A stretch of DNA of 64,000 nt from the human T2T-CHM13v2.0 reference genome, Homo sapiens. The notes beneath the pieces are model-generated. The model saw only the letters and a program-made list of their open reading frames with translations. It did no database searches and was not told the DNA's origin. Positions 1 to 17,400 of this stretch are shown piece after piece (the stretch's first letter is position 1; every line of letters begins with the position of its first letter). The DNA lies in assembly GCF_009914755.1 (NCBI RefSeq), contig NC_060931.1. One strand, 5' to 3'. The position numbers were made by a program, and so were the translations under genes.

Positions 1-188
1 TATTTCTCACAGACAACAGTGGCTCAAAGCCAGATACGAGCTCACACAAACAGGTTACATTAAATGGCTACAAATGTGATTACATAGTGCGCGGAATTGT
101 GCGCCTGCACTACAAACCCACTGTGTCATGCTGTACCAGATGTCTGCCTCAGCCTTCTCCTGACCAAAGCACAGCCACTTTCCTTACG
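1..188 (-). repeat. 3' LTR (LTR18-like), truncated by the window start
   Basis: 1-188 aligns with 6229-6414 (about 26 substitutions and 2 indels by hand count) and abuts the PPT. Confidence 0.92.
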
Positions 189-203
189 CTCCACCCTCTA
201 GGC
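189..203 (-). other. Polypurine tract
   Basis: Minus strand reads GCCTAGAGGGTGGAG immediately before the 3' LTR start and overlaps the env stop. Confidence 0.75.
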
Positions 204-1429
204 TAAGGGAGTTCTCCTAGCAGGGAGACATGCCCACAGGGCAGAAACCTGGACACAGAGGCCACAGCAGCAATACAGGGAGCAACAACTCACTACTAGT
301 ATTCCTGCTATGCTGCCCATGATTATTAGGGTCCAGCATAGGCCAGAGCCCAGAGACACCCACCATGTCTGTGGGGGGTCATCAGTAAGGCTGTCAGCTG
401 CCTTGATTTCCTGGGAAACTCCTTGCAAAGCTGCTATGTTTTGTTGATTGTCAGGGATGAAGGTACAACATTGCATTCCCAAAACAGCACAGATGCCACC
501 TTGGGCAGCAATCAATATGTAGGCCTATCAGGTTCTGCACTACCACTTTCCTGGTTTGATCAACATCATCTGTCAACAGAAGGAGGACAACTTGGGTGTA
601 ATTCAAGTCTCAAGTGTTATGCTCTGGAAGGGCCATAACTTGCATTTCTACAGTTACGACACCTGCTCCAGGGATGGTTAATGCTAAGAGGTAGAGCCAC
701 CAGGGGGCTCATCACACTTGCAAAAACCAGGAACGTAGCACCTTCCAGTTATGTGGGCATCTAAGGAATGTGGAAATAACTGTGGCAAGCACATAAGGCC
801 ACCCCCAGGTAGAGCGGCCAATCCTGTTTGCTGGCAAATATGACCATACTGTGTCTCCACAGTCCCATAAACTCCCAGGGGGCACAAAGTCCTCTGGGGC
901 CCAGCCTTGATGTGGTCACCTATTCCATCACACCTTTGGTGTGGTGATAACATATTATATGTGTTCAGACTATGGCAGACAACCACCCCACGGTGACATT
1001 ACCCCAGTGTTGCTCTACACATCATGATACCTGTGTTAGGGGCACCTTGTGTTCTCCCACTAACGAGCCCCATCCATCACAGACATTACAGGTCAGCCAG
1101 GAAGCAAGCATGCCATGGGTTTTGTGGCATCCCCTATCCAAAGCTGCCCATGTTGCATTCTAAACGTCAGCCATGGAACTCCTAGTGTCCATCCATGTCC
1201 AGTTTTCCACAGAAGCTGGATGTATGTGCCAGGGCAAGACATCCCCTGCTGCTGCTTGAAGGGTGGTGCAGATCCAACGGTTGGACACATTGGTCAACTC
1301 ATCGTAGGTGTGGGACCATTCCACAATGCTGTTGGAGCATGTCAACCTATGGTCTAAATGACAAAGTAGGCACAGGTACTAACAGGGGTAAATCATGCCC
1401 TTCAGGCAAAATACAGGCCAAGCTTTCAT
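198..1429 (-). pseudogene. env: ERV env (SU-TM), disrupted
   Basis: ATG at 1429 gives MKAWPVFCL...; SU has NRWIC (decayed CWIC/CXXC); TM has QN..-AAQGGICAVLGMQCC (ISD-like plus CX6CC), a hydrophobic anchor and a Cys-rich tail; stop at 198. Internal stops and frameshifts. Confidence 0.88.
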
Positions 1430-4400
1430 CTCTAGATAACAATGCAACTGCAAAGGACTTCTGCCCTGGGTGATGGTACCACAACTTTTCAGCACCCCAT
1501 GGTTCCTTTGGGTCTATATCTTGCCAGAGTTACTGGGGAGCTCATAATAGGCCACACAGGAAATACAGATGTTCCCTGGAGACTTCCTTCCCTGGCCATT
1601 CCCCTATGAATGGTCAATCATAGAGGCCATATATTAAGTACCCAATGAGTGACATGTAAATCATACTATAGGCTCTCCCTGCAAGGGACTATGATAGCCA
1701 ACCATACGTCATGGTGGACTTGGAGGGTCTGTGGCCAAAGCCAGGTTTTTTGTTCCCCTGCCTTTACAGACATTGGGGCAGGCAACAACAGATTACCATT
1801 GTCCCCATACCTGGTTGGAGGAAGTCATCTTTGGTGTGCATCTGTAAGTGGATGGGGTCAGTGGCACAGTGTAGCAGTGCCTCTACTGGGGCCTGGCTGC
1901 CTTTTCATGGCCGCTCATTCAAGCTTTGGAGCACCAGGTCCAACCTTGAACTCTAGCCCCACAAAGAGGTGGAGTAACATGCAAATGTAACTTATTTTTC
2001 AGGAGTCCCTTATATCACTCAATAATACCAGTAGTTTGTGGGTTATATGGAACCTCCACTTTATGTCCATCCATTGTGCCCACTGTTGTACGTGCTATCC
2101 AGGAAAATGTGTTCCCCTATCACATTCAACAGTCAGGGGATGACTGTATAGGGCACACAAGTGTTGCAGGGCCTGAATTGTATGTTGTTGGTTGGCCATC
2201 CTGCAAGGGTAGGCAAACAGCAGACTGGTGGCCGTGTCTACAGCTGTCAGCACATGCATATGCCCCTGCAACCTCAGCAGTGACCTGATGTAGTCTATTT
2301 GCCATCTAGTCAAGAGCATCCACCCTACTGTCACTTGTTGTGTAACATTGGGCAGCTGTCTCTGTCTGGGGTATGTCTGTGTCCACGCTGGGCATTTCTG
2401 GCAGACCTCCCAGATATCTTACATAGACAAAGATAGACCATAGCACTTATTGACCTATTCCATTAGTTTACTCCCGACGTGGCCCAATTTCTGCTGCAGC
2501 CATAGAGCTACATCTCGTGTAGGTGCTGACTCCAACCACCGGACCTGGCCAAGGCATTTGCCTCATCATTGCCCAGGGCAGTGAAAGGCACATGTCCTGA
2601 CACATGATAAATAGTTACAACCTTTCGATGGCCCATTTCCCATAGGTCTGGCCACATGGCCTGGCCCCAAATGGGCCTGTGACCAACTAGCTAATTCTGT
2701 AACTTTCAGGTAGTTAACCACAAGGTTAGGGCTTAATAAACTGCCCAGCTACCAGTGAAGATTACCATAGGTGTCTCCTCCTTAGTGATCACCATCCACA
2801 GTGCCCTGAGTTCAACCTATTGACTACTTTGTCCAGGTATTAAACCATATGGTATCAGTACTAGGCTGGACCATGACAGCAGTCCAGGCAGCAGTAGCAC
2901 CCTGGCTGGACCCATCCTGTCTACCATGCCTCATCAGGAATGGGAGGTGCCTCTCTTGAAATGGTAATGGCTCAGTGTTTAGGGGCGCCTCAGGCTGACC
3001 CATGGCCTTATCTTGCATCAGGACTACAGGTCCCAAGACTTCTTATAATTCTGCTGATAAGGGGCTTGTACTCAGGGTACTCTGCTGTTCTAAGTAGGAG
3101 CCCCACTTTGCTAAGGTGGATATCTCTGCCATCCCAGTCTGGGGTTCATTACCCATGAACATACTTGCTCCCCAACTATTGGGTAAGTTGTCCACACAAT
3201 GACTGTAGCCCTTCCTGTCACACTCTCACAAGCCTGAAGGGTGGCATATACAGTTGTTAATTCCTTCTCTATCCATGAATAGCAGAGCTCACCTCCATTC
3301 CAAAGTTGGGACCAAAAGCCTACTTGTGTTCTACAGTGCTCTCTGCACTGCCATAGGCCCCAGCCAAAACCTTCTGTGGTCACATGCACATCAAGTTCAA
3401 ATGGGTGCCCCAGGTCAATTACTTGTAGCACCTGCACTTGCTGTATGGCCCATTTGGCTGCCAGAAAAGCCATCTCAGCCTCATTGTCCCAATCCCAAGT
3501 AATTCCTGTTTTTGTCAACTGATACAATGGTTTTGTTTTCTGAGCCAAATGGAGCACAAATGCTTTCCAATATCCCAAGAGGCTCACAAAAGTCTCTAGT
3601 TGCCTCATTATTGTGGTCTGGGGATATGCCTGAATTTTATTAATGATGGCCTCTGGTATGGCGTTCGTCTTACCCAACCAGATAACTCCCAAAACTTTGG
3701 CAGACAATCCAGGCCTTTGGACCTTGTTTTCATTCACAGCCAAACTGCATGCTGCCAAATGTTGCTGTAGGAGGGGTGCCGCTATTTCTAAATCTGCAAG
3801 AGAATCAGAGGTTAACATAATATCATCCATATAATGGAAAAGGTGGACCCCCTTTATGACATATGGTGGGTTTATGCACACAGCCCTGCAGCAACACCGT
3901 GAAAGTCTATTGTCGCCCTTTCCATGTGAAGACAAACTGTTCCTGGCTCTCTGGTGTGATGTCAATTGGGAAGAATGTATGGGCCAAGTCCATCACACAG
4001 TGGTACTGTCCCAATTCCATCATCAAGTGATCCATCAAATCCGTGATAGACAGCACAGCTGCATGTGAAGGGGGTGTTACTTTATTTAGTTCTCGAACAT
4101 CCACCATCATCTTCCAAGTTCCGTCAGGCTTTCTGACTGGCCATACCAGAGAATTGTAGGGTTTGTGCATTCCATGCACTATCTGCACCTCCTCTAACAT
4201 CTTACTAGTCTCAGTTATCGCCATATGGCCACCTGGAAAGTGGTATTGATGGGTGGAAGTAACCTGTCGGGGTTGTGGCAGGACCTGGGGCCAGTGATAC
4301 GTATGTCCACCCGATAATGGCTCAACCACATGTATTTGGAGTCTGAATTCTCTGACCGTGGCTTGTAAAACCAAGCTGTGAAAAATATCTACCCTGGAAT

Positions 4401-4430
4401 GTATTCAAGTATGGAGGAGATATACACAGT
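1347..4430 (-). pseudogene. pol: ERV pol (RT-RNase H-IN), disrupted
   Basis: ORF fragments PYNSLVWPVRKPDGTWKMMVDVRELNKV, HYMDDIML (YMDD), DGSSQG (RNase H) and WQIDYI...VLTAVDTAT (IN core); C-terminal frame ends at TAG 1347-1349. Confidence 0.92.
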
Positions 4431-4685
4431 TTATAAGCATGCAGCCAAGTGCCTGAGGCCAAGGTGCAAAGATGCAGGCTTCACTCCCACTGACTGGCCT
4501 CTGTCTATGTATGCAACCTTGCCTGGAAACTTATCCGGGTTCCCATAGATGAGGCTACAATCTGTGCCAATGTCTACCAGCAGCAGCACCTGCTGTACAT
4601 TGGTGGGAGACCAGTGGACTGCCAATTCCACATGTGGCCTCCTGTTGTCTGGTGTCCCCCCAAGCTGGGCACCTTGACCAGTTTC
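4431..4685 (-). pseudogene. pro: ERV aspartic protease, disrupted
   Basis: VLLLVDIGTDCSLIYG is a decayed LVDTGAD active-site motif, located between gag and RT. Confidence 0.85.
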
Positions 4686-6016
4686 CTAATCAAACACAAA
4701 ACGCTCTATACCTTCACCCATCTGCAAGTAGTCCTTGAGCTGGAGCATCTGGGTGGGACATGGTCAAGCAGCATCATCCCGCCCGCTGTTGGGCATTTTC
4801 TGGAATTGGTGATTCAGGGACAATTGCCTCCACAAAGTTAACAGCACTTCATTGGGTTGCCTCTCAGTTTTCTCTCGGTCAACCCCAGCCAAAATCAAAC
4901 CAATCCACATATGTGTATGAGTCACCACTGGGGCCCTTTTGTCCCATGAGATGGCCCCCTGCAGAAGGAGTACCTTCCCCCTTTTTATGGCATAGACTCC
5001 TCTGCTTCCCCGAGGGCTGCCATGGCAGTAGTCACCTCATGTATGCAGCACCCCGCACACAGATTGACAGTGGCCAGGGAGCCAAAGGCACTCAGGGGTG
5101 CAGAGCACAACACAAGGTCCCTCATGTGGGAGGTAAGGTGTTCATCATCTGGCCCTCGGGTATTCGGATCAAACATAGCCTGCTGCATACCCATCTCCTG
5201 AATTACCTGCACCACATCTGTTTATGACTGCCATTTACTCACAGTTTCTGGTATTTCTCTGGCATAGTCCCACACCATTTGCATGGCCTCCATCAGCCAT
5301 TCAATTATGGTGTGGTTGCCTTGCCCCTGTGCTAACCACTTGCTCACCTGCAATTGCTGATGGAGGGAGGGATGAGTCATAATGGAGGCCAACTTTTCCA
5401 TCTCAGAGGAGGAGCAGACAATACTGTTGGCTCCCTCATCCCAAAGGCGAAGCATCTAGGTGGGTAGGATTTCCCCCAAGCGCTGCCAGCACTGTTTACT
5501 TTATTCCCACAACTCCGTTGGGGTATAGGCAGTGTATGACTTGTGCTCCATCATGGTAGGAGGTCTCTGAGCCCACCCCTGGGGCCTCAATGACTTCCTG
5601 GTGTATTTTCTGATGAGCCACTGGGGGAGCCCACAACAGAGGTTCTTCCTCCTCGGTGTCAGATCGGGCAGGGGTCTCTGACTGGGGTGGCAGGCCCAAG
5701 CCTACACTAATAGCAGCCTCTAATTCTCACTCCAACCTGTGTACGTCGGCCTTCAGGCTCTCTGCTTGTGCCTGGAGGTCCCTTACCTGTGCTGCATCCT
5801 GCAGGGACTGAGCATGCACTTCCCATAGCACAGTCAAAAATGCCCATCCAATTCTGCTGGGAAAGGCACACTCCTTCTCAGTGCTCTGTGCTTCCAGGTG
5901 CTTCAGTGCCTTATCCATGCACACAGGGGACCTGTCCACCACCACCCATGTCTCCACCAGGGCCCATCTTAGCAGCATGGCTGTCACTGGGTACCATAAC
6001 CCATATTGGGGCCACA
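4686..6016 (-). pseudogene. gag: ERV gag, disrupted (start approximate)
   Basis: Fragments such as WMLRLWDEGA (HERV-L/S-like gag) between the PBS and pro; ends at TAG 4686-4688; no CCHC zinc knuckle seen, as expected for class III. Confidence 0.75.
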
Positions 6017-6050
6017 CGGCTGACCTAGGATCATCAGGGGCCAAGGGCTC

Positions 6051-6059
6051 ACTCACCTC
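6051..6059 (-). promoter_or_regulatory. Putative major splice donor of the provirus
   Basis: Minus strand GAG|GTGAGT immediately downstream of the PBS. Confidence 0.55.
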
Positions 6060-6060
6060 G

Positions 6061-6080
6061 GAATCCTGCTGACTACACCA
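6061..6080 (-). other. Primer-binding site, tRNA-Ser
   Basis: Plus strand GAATCCTGCTGACTACACCA versus the tRNA-Ser 3' end GAATCCTGCCGACTACGCCA: 18/20 match, both mismatches at CpG. Lies 2 nt from the LTR end. Confidence 0.92.
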
Positions 6081-6082
6081 AT

Positions 6083-6414
6083 TGTCAAGTTCCAGTTCCC
6101 AGACTAAGCTGGGGTCTGAGGGGAGCTGGTGAACAGGTGGCAGGCAGCTGAAAAACACTCAAGGGACCACAGGCAGTTGGGACATGGCTTTATTCTCTCC
6201 CCCTCCTACAGAGTCAGCAGTGCAGTTATATTTCTCATAGACAACAGTAGTTCAAGGCCAGATATGAACTCAAACAGGTTACATTAAATGGCTACATAAA
6301 TGTGATTATATAGTGCATGGGATTGTGTGCCTGCACTCCAAACCTGCTGTGTCGTGCTGTACTGGATGTCTGCCTTGGCCTACTCATGACTAAAGCACAG
6401 CCATATTCATTACA
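6083..6414 (-). repeat. 5' LTR (LTR18-like), 332 bp
   Basis: Minus strand starts TGTAA and ends TGACA; TATA-like sequence ~6226-6232 and AATAAA at 6189-6194. Confidence 0.92.
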
Positions 6415-11620
<5,206 letters not shown>

Positions 11621-12979
11621 ACTTTTGTTGCTCTTCCTATTAATAAGGAATCTTAAGAGCACGCTAGAATATTGAGGAACAAAGACAATGTTAACTGCTA
11701 GGCAATATAGATTTATTGGATGCCCAATAACTAAATACCTTGACCCCAATGGGAATTTGTAGTTCTTATTGTCAGAAAACCACTGGTCCTATGGAAAACT
11801 AAGTATGAGCTGATTCCCTCCAAATCATGAGGTGTGAGGTGGGGGCAATCGTAGCTGGCTCATTGTCCAAGAAATCCAGAGTGAAATCCTATGATCACTT
11901 TTAGACAATTCTGTTTATTGACATATCATTAATCATTATAGATTCCTATCTCAATATGTCAGTAAAATTGCTGTACTGGGACTATATAAACTATTATTCA
12001 AATGTAAGTATATAATATACTAATGACAGCTTGAATCACCTTCTACGATAGCTGAAGTAGATCATCATAATCTTAACACCACATTTTTTTTCTATGCATT
12101 GATCTATACATGACAACTCTCATTTCCACTGCAATTTCAACATGAGAGAAAAAGTAATGAGACAGAGTAGCTGTGTTCTGGTTAGAGGCGCAGACAAAGC
12201 AGTTTCAAGAGACTCTTTACTATCATGGGTAGCAATTAAATGTGCAATGGTCAATATGGTCAGTAATGGGGGAAAAAAGCACATGGTGCCAGATTGAGCC
12301 AACCATTGTGTACAACCATTGTAAGAAAGAGAAATTTATCTATGTTTTTCTGATTCATGCATTGGTACACACATTTACAGACCAGAATATAACTCTAGAA
12401 ATTGGCAGCTATTTTAATGCTTCCAATGGTCTGTTTTTGTTAAATGAAAAAGGTAATGCAAGAATCTATTTTAGTTATTTAAAATAAATTTTCCTCATAT
12501 GGAAGTTGAATGTTTTACAGCAGGATGGTCTGGGAATGGGCATTTTGCGGCAGTATTGAATTTTCATATGTTATAGTTATGTAGCAAGTGAGTTCATCAT
12601 GTCAGGAGGGAGTATAAGTTCATCTCCTTATTAGTCTATGTCTGTAATCTATACGACTATTAAAGCTAATATTTCTCTTGACTCTGCAACTAACCCCTGA
12701 AGAGAAAAAGTCATCTGGCCAAATCCCAAAACACTCCTGAATGCATTAGGGTAGATTATGAACATGTAGATGAAATACAAGGTTTATGAATCTCCCCTCT
12801 GTTGCCTGAACCCCCTTTCCCTTGCCACGCTTCTTTGCTTTTCTGACAGTATTTTATTGGCTATAAATGAAATTCAAACAGTGCCCCAAAACGAAACTCC
12901 TTCGCAAAATCTTTCTTGCAGTGAAAATAACTGTATGCACAGTAATTTAATCCTCTTCTTCAAAAATTGATACATATTA

Positions 12980-13338
12980 CAGTAGTCCTCCCTTATCCAC
13001 GGTTTCATTCTCAGAGTTTTAGTTACCCATGGCCAACTGCAGTTCAAATATATTAAATGGAAAATTCCAGTAAAAACAATTCATAAGTTTTAAATCCTAT
13101 GCTGCTCTAAGCACGGTGATGAACTCTGGTGTCATCTTGCTCTGTCCCATACAGACCATAAATCATCCCTTTGTTCAGTGTATCCACACTGTACAGGCCA
13201 CCTGCCTGTTTTCACTTGGTAAGCATCTTGGTTATCAGATCAAAGGAACGTAGTATATATAGGGTTCTCTACTATCCATGGTTTCAGATCCACTGGGGGT
13301 CTTGGTATGTATCCCCCACAGATAACAGTTGACTACTG
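12980..13338. mobile_element. MER44A-like (Tigger7) non-autonomous DNA transposon
   Basis: TIRs CAGTAGTC...GACTACTG, TA on the left flank, internal sequence matches recalled MER44. Confidence 0.8.
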
Positions 13339-13384
13339 CATTAAAATTAATCCACTATTAGGTAATAAAAACTTGGTGAAGAGG

Positions 13385-13870
13385 ATCATGAGATTTAATT
13401 GTCAGGAGACTCCCCTGAAGAAGTGACATTTCAGCTGAAACTTGAATGACACTTAGGTATTGATGTTGGAGAAGAGTAATCTAGCACAATAAAATATAAA
13501 GTGGGAAGGTGGAGGTAAGTTTAGCATCAGAAAATGTCTGATGTGGCTTGAATGTGGAATGGACAGTGAATGGGATAAGAAGGTTGACATAGCACAGATC
13601 ATGGAGAGACTCAGGGACTTGTTTGGATTTAATTCTGAAAGTAACTGGAAGCCATCGGGAGATATAGGCAGTTGAGTGATATAATTTAATTTGTATTTTA
13701 AAAGATCACTTTGGCAGGTTTGTAAAGAAAGGATTGTCTGATGGGCATTAATGGAAGCAGAGACCACTCCAGGAACTCTGGAATTAGTTCAATTGATAGC
13801 ACAAAACAACAGAGAGGTGGTTAGCAGCCATGCAGATGGAGAGAACTGGCCTGAGTTAGGATATTTTGGA
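13385..13870 (-). mobile_element. L2 fragment
   Basis: GAAGTGACATTTCAGCTGAAACTTGAATGA and AAAGATCACTTTGGC motifs typical of antisense L2. Confidence 0.65.
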
Positions 13871-16321
13871 GACATACAAAATGATTTTGATACTATTTAG
13901 CAGCTGCATAATAGCCCATTATATGAATGCGCCATGACTTATTTAAACATTGGAAGAGGCGCTTTCAAATTTAAGCAATCAAGTGTATTCTGAGATCTAC
14001 TATTAAGATTCCTGCTTCCCAAATTGTCTTCATTTACATTTACCCAGTAACTATCTATTTAAAACGCATAAGGTGGTACCCTGGCTGTACTAAAGAATAA
14101 TAAATAGTTCCATTCACCCTTGCTTTTTAAACTATGACCCATTTCAGTTCAGTTTTAATTTTTGAGTAAGAATTAGTATAATATATGAAAAGCATTCTGT
14201 ATGCAGTTCCAATATATATTCAAGTTACCATAGAATTGAACGTTATCATTTCATGGGATTTTTGTTTTTAGTTTTGAGTAGAACAGGCTTGAAAAAAATA
14301 TAAGAATACCTGTAGGAATCAGATGATATTTGATAATTGAACAGCTCTTTGGTTTTAATTCAAAATTAAACTCCGAAGAATAAGAATAACTTAAATAAAC
14401 CAATAAAGTTTGGCTATGCAATTCAGAGCTCAACTTAAAAAGTTACGCATCCAGTAAATTTTTCAGTAGGCTGTTCATTTTTATGCTAATTATTAAGTTT
14501 CATTCTATTCATTAAAATGTTAAACTTTATCCTGAGTCACCTAAATCTTCCATGAGCTCTGCATGTAGAAAATAATTTGGCAGATGCTTATTTGGAGGAA
14601 ATTGCTTACTTCTTAATACAACTTTTTTTTGAGAGAGGAAAATATTAGCAAAAAATTTTTATGTCCCTAAAAATTCAAACATTTTGATCATGAGTAGGAG
14701 CATAAACAGAGTGTATCATATACAGTTGGAATAAAACCTTAGATGCATGCAACTCAAATGGAATGAATGATTCCAACTCATATGCTTGTTAGGATTCAAT
14801 CAACTCTCAGTCATTCACTGAGTTGAGTTACAAGTAGAAGAGAGTGGGTAATGTTAAAGACACACTGCACAATTCTTGTTTATAATATGGCTTTAAAATC
14901 TAGTTGGGAAGACAAGACCACATGTTGGTGCTTTTGTGATTTTTGCATGCTGTTCCTTCTGCATGGAATGACTTTCTTTAACTTCGTGGCCACACAGTTG
15001 CTAATTATCTTTCAATCTGTCAGTATCACATCTGTGAAGGTTTTCTTTCTACATTAAACAGTTTATAATAATCGTTGTTATGCTTTTTTGGATTCACATG
15101 TCTGCATCTCTAAACGAGCGTGTGTTCCTTCAGGAAAATGACTATGTCATGTCCGGAGTGCTTGGTGTAATGTCTTATACAGTGTTGGACCATCATTAAT
15201 ATTGAGTATTGATAATATAAGGCAGTTTGCTGTGAATTCTAAATGTCTAGATCTATCGAGAAGTGTTTAGGGAAATTTGTATCTCTCAAGAGAACAAGAT
15301 CACCAGGGCCTCTAATCCTGGTATTAGAATTACAATCAGGGCAAATCCTGAACCATTTGAGGCTTGAGAAGAGGGAACAGATGAGGGAGGAAGGATGGGT
15401 TGGGGAAGTCTTCAAGAGTTTTTCAACTCTACTAATCTTTGGTTCTACATTTCAAAGTTTGAATTTTAAAATAGCTCTATTACCTATATAACCATTACTT
15501 TGTGGTCTAAAAGTAAAACCATAAAATCAGCTTAGCACAACAGAATGTACTGGACTGAGGCATTCACATTCAGTCAATTTTTCACAGTATAACTCAGAAA
15601 GAGGTTAAAAAGTTCTCTTTGCTTTTTGAGAACCCATTTTGTAGTTCATTGTTGCAGATTGTCTGATGTTGACTTTCAGAAGTGAACTGAAATGTATGAG
15701 AAATCTGGAAATATGGTAAAGACAAGGAATCAAAGCCAAGAAGCAAACAGACACGCAGGGGAGGATATTTACCGCATCGTCTCACTGAGCATACCTGGAA
15801 AACTGAGAAGCTGGCTTTTGAATAGTGCATATATAATCAGTTCTTTGGTCTGTAAATTCAGTAATCATGAAACCCCATGAATTAGTATCAACATAGCAGT
15901 ACATGTCTTCATTAATATTTTGTATCATTACCTCTGTAGCCTCTCTGAGGAATTCAGGGAATTTTATGGGGGAAAAAAAACCTTAAAACTTGAAGCAACT
16001 AAAATTTATATAAAAATCATACAGAATGAATGAATAAAGTATATTAAATATACAAGCTCTTTTCTTAGAGACTTAGAATATAAAATGAATACGAACCCAC
16101 TTTCCCCAATAATTAGCCTTGATACACAAGTAAGCATAAGCACAATATTTTTTCTTGCCAATTTCTACAATGACCCAAAACCTTTAATGAATAAAAAAGA
16201 TATATCCTAACTAATTAAATAATTATAGTTGACAATAACTTTATTAGGCAAAAAAATCTACTAATTTTCATTGTCTTTTTAAATATTACAGTATTCGGGC
16301 ATTGTTATATATACATTATAA

Positions 16322-16376
16322 AATATATATCTAGATATCTAGATATATTCATATATATATATATATATATATATAT
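16322..16376. repeat. (TA)n microsatellite with a short palindrome
   Basis: ATATCTAGATATCTAGATAT followed by an (AT)n run. Confidence 0.85.
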
Positions 16377-17178
16377 CTTGAGATAATATGAATGTAACAT
16401 TTCAAATTAAGATATACACCTCTGAAGAGAAAAATGACACTCATCACCATGGGGAAAGATAGTAATAGTAGTTAATCAACAAATGTGTGCTGAATTAAAT
16501 TGAATGAATGCAGGATCCTCTAAGTGGTTGGTGAAACTGTTCTGGACTCTAAGTTCATTTCCTAAGCTAGATACTCTATAGATGACATATACTGAACAAT
16601 TTCTATAATGCAACTGCTTCTTCCTAGGTCGTCTTTTTACAGAATGGAGGAAATGGCCTTTTAATTCCACAATCCACTCTGGTAGCTATAATTATATTGT
16701 TTCTTTTTATAATGAAGTAGAAAGATATAGTACATTACAAAAAGAATAAATTTATAATCTAACAAACTATGAACTCTTAAGCAACCAACTCTTAACTGGT
16801 GGAATCTGGAAAGCGCTTCTTAAATAAAAAAGAAATTCTATCCTGGATGTCTCCAGAAATGAGTTGTGTTACTCTAGCGCCCTCCTACATTAATGTAAAA
16901 AGTAGACAATGCTGAGCTCCGCAGTTTTTGTGCAGTTTCCAGCTTTCAAAGTACCAGATAGAACTCTGACTCCAACACTTTCCATCCTTATATTCCCCAA
17001 AATGTATATGGCATTTTAATTATCCTTCAAAAATCTTGACTTTTCTGACCCTTCATCTCTTCTTAGTAGAGGAACAAGAGTTCAGGAACAAGTGTGGAGA
17101 TGGGGGTGGGGTCAAAGGGAAAGAAATGCAAACCAGACTCTTACCCAATGATTACTTCTTAAATAATATGGTCTGTAA

Positions 17179-17400
17179 CAGAGGTTGCCAAGCCTTTCCT
17201 ATATAGAACCAAAGAGTAAATATTTTAAGCTCTTTAGGATATAAAGTCTCTGTCACAACTACTCAACTCTGCTAATGTATCATAAGAGCAGACACACACA
17301 ATACATAAATGAATGAATGTGGCTGTGTTTCCATAAAACTTTACTTACTAAACAGGTGGTAGTCTGAATTTGGTCTGCAGGATATAGTTTGCTGACCATG
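17179..17400. mobile_element. MER58A-like hAT-Charlie MITE
   Basis: CAGAGGTTGCCAA...TTTGCTGACCATG termini, about 220 bp, degenerate 8-bp flanks GTCTGTAA/GTTTATAG. Confidence 0.75.

Larger units (their letters stand above)
1..6414 (-). mobile_element. HERV-S (HERV18/LTR18-type, class III) provirus, near full length, decayed
   Basis: Two homologous LTRs, a PBS matching the tRNA-Ser 3' end, ordered gag-pro-pol-env remnants on the minus strand, and a PPT next to the 3' LTR. Multiple stops and frameshifts. Confidence 0.93.

Noticed and set aside
3111-3965. 284-aa ORF as a functional RT
   Set aside because: The N-terminal RT motifs are in another frame (3907-4374) and the LPQG region appears deleted; it is a pseudogene fragment.
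5727-6158. 143-aa ORF as an intact gag N-terminus
   Set aside because: Its start lies inside the 5' LTR and it reads through the PBS; only the 3' part is gag-derived and it ends at a premature stop.
16870-16890. CTCF-like motif (minus strand GGAGGGCGCTAG)
   Set aside because: Only the 3' half matches; the 5' CCASYA part is absent, so it cannot be supported without ChIP data.
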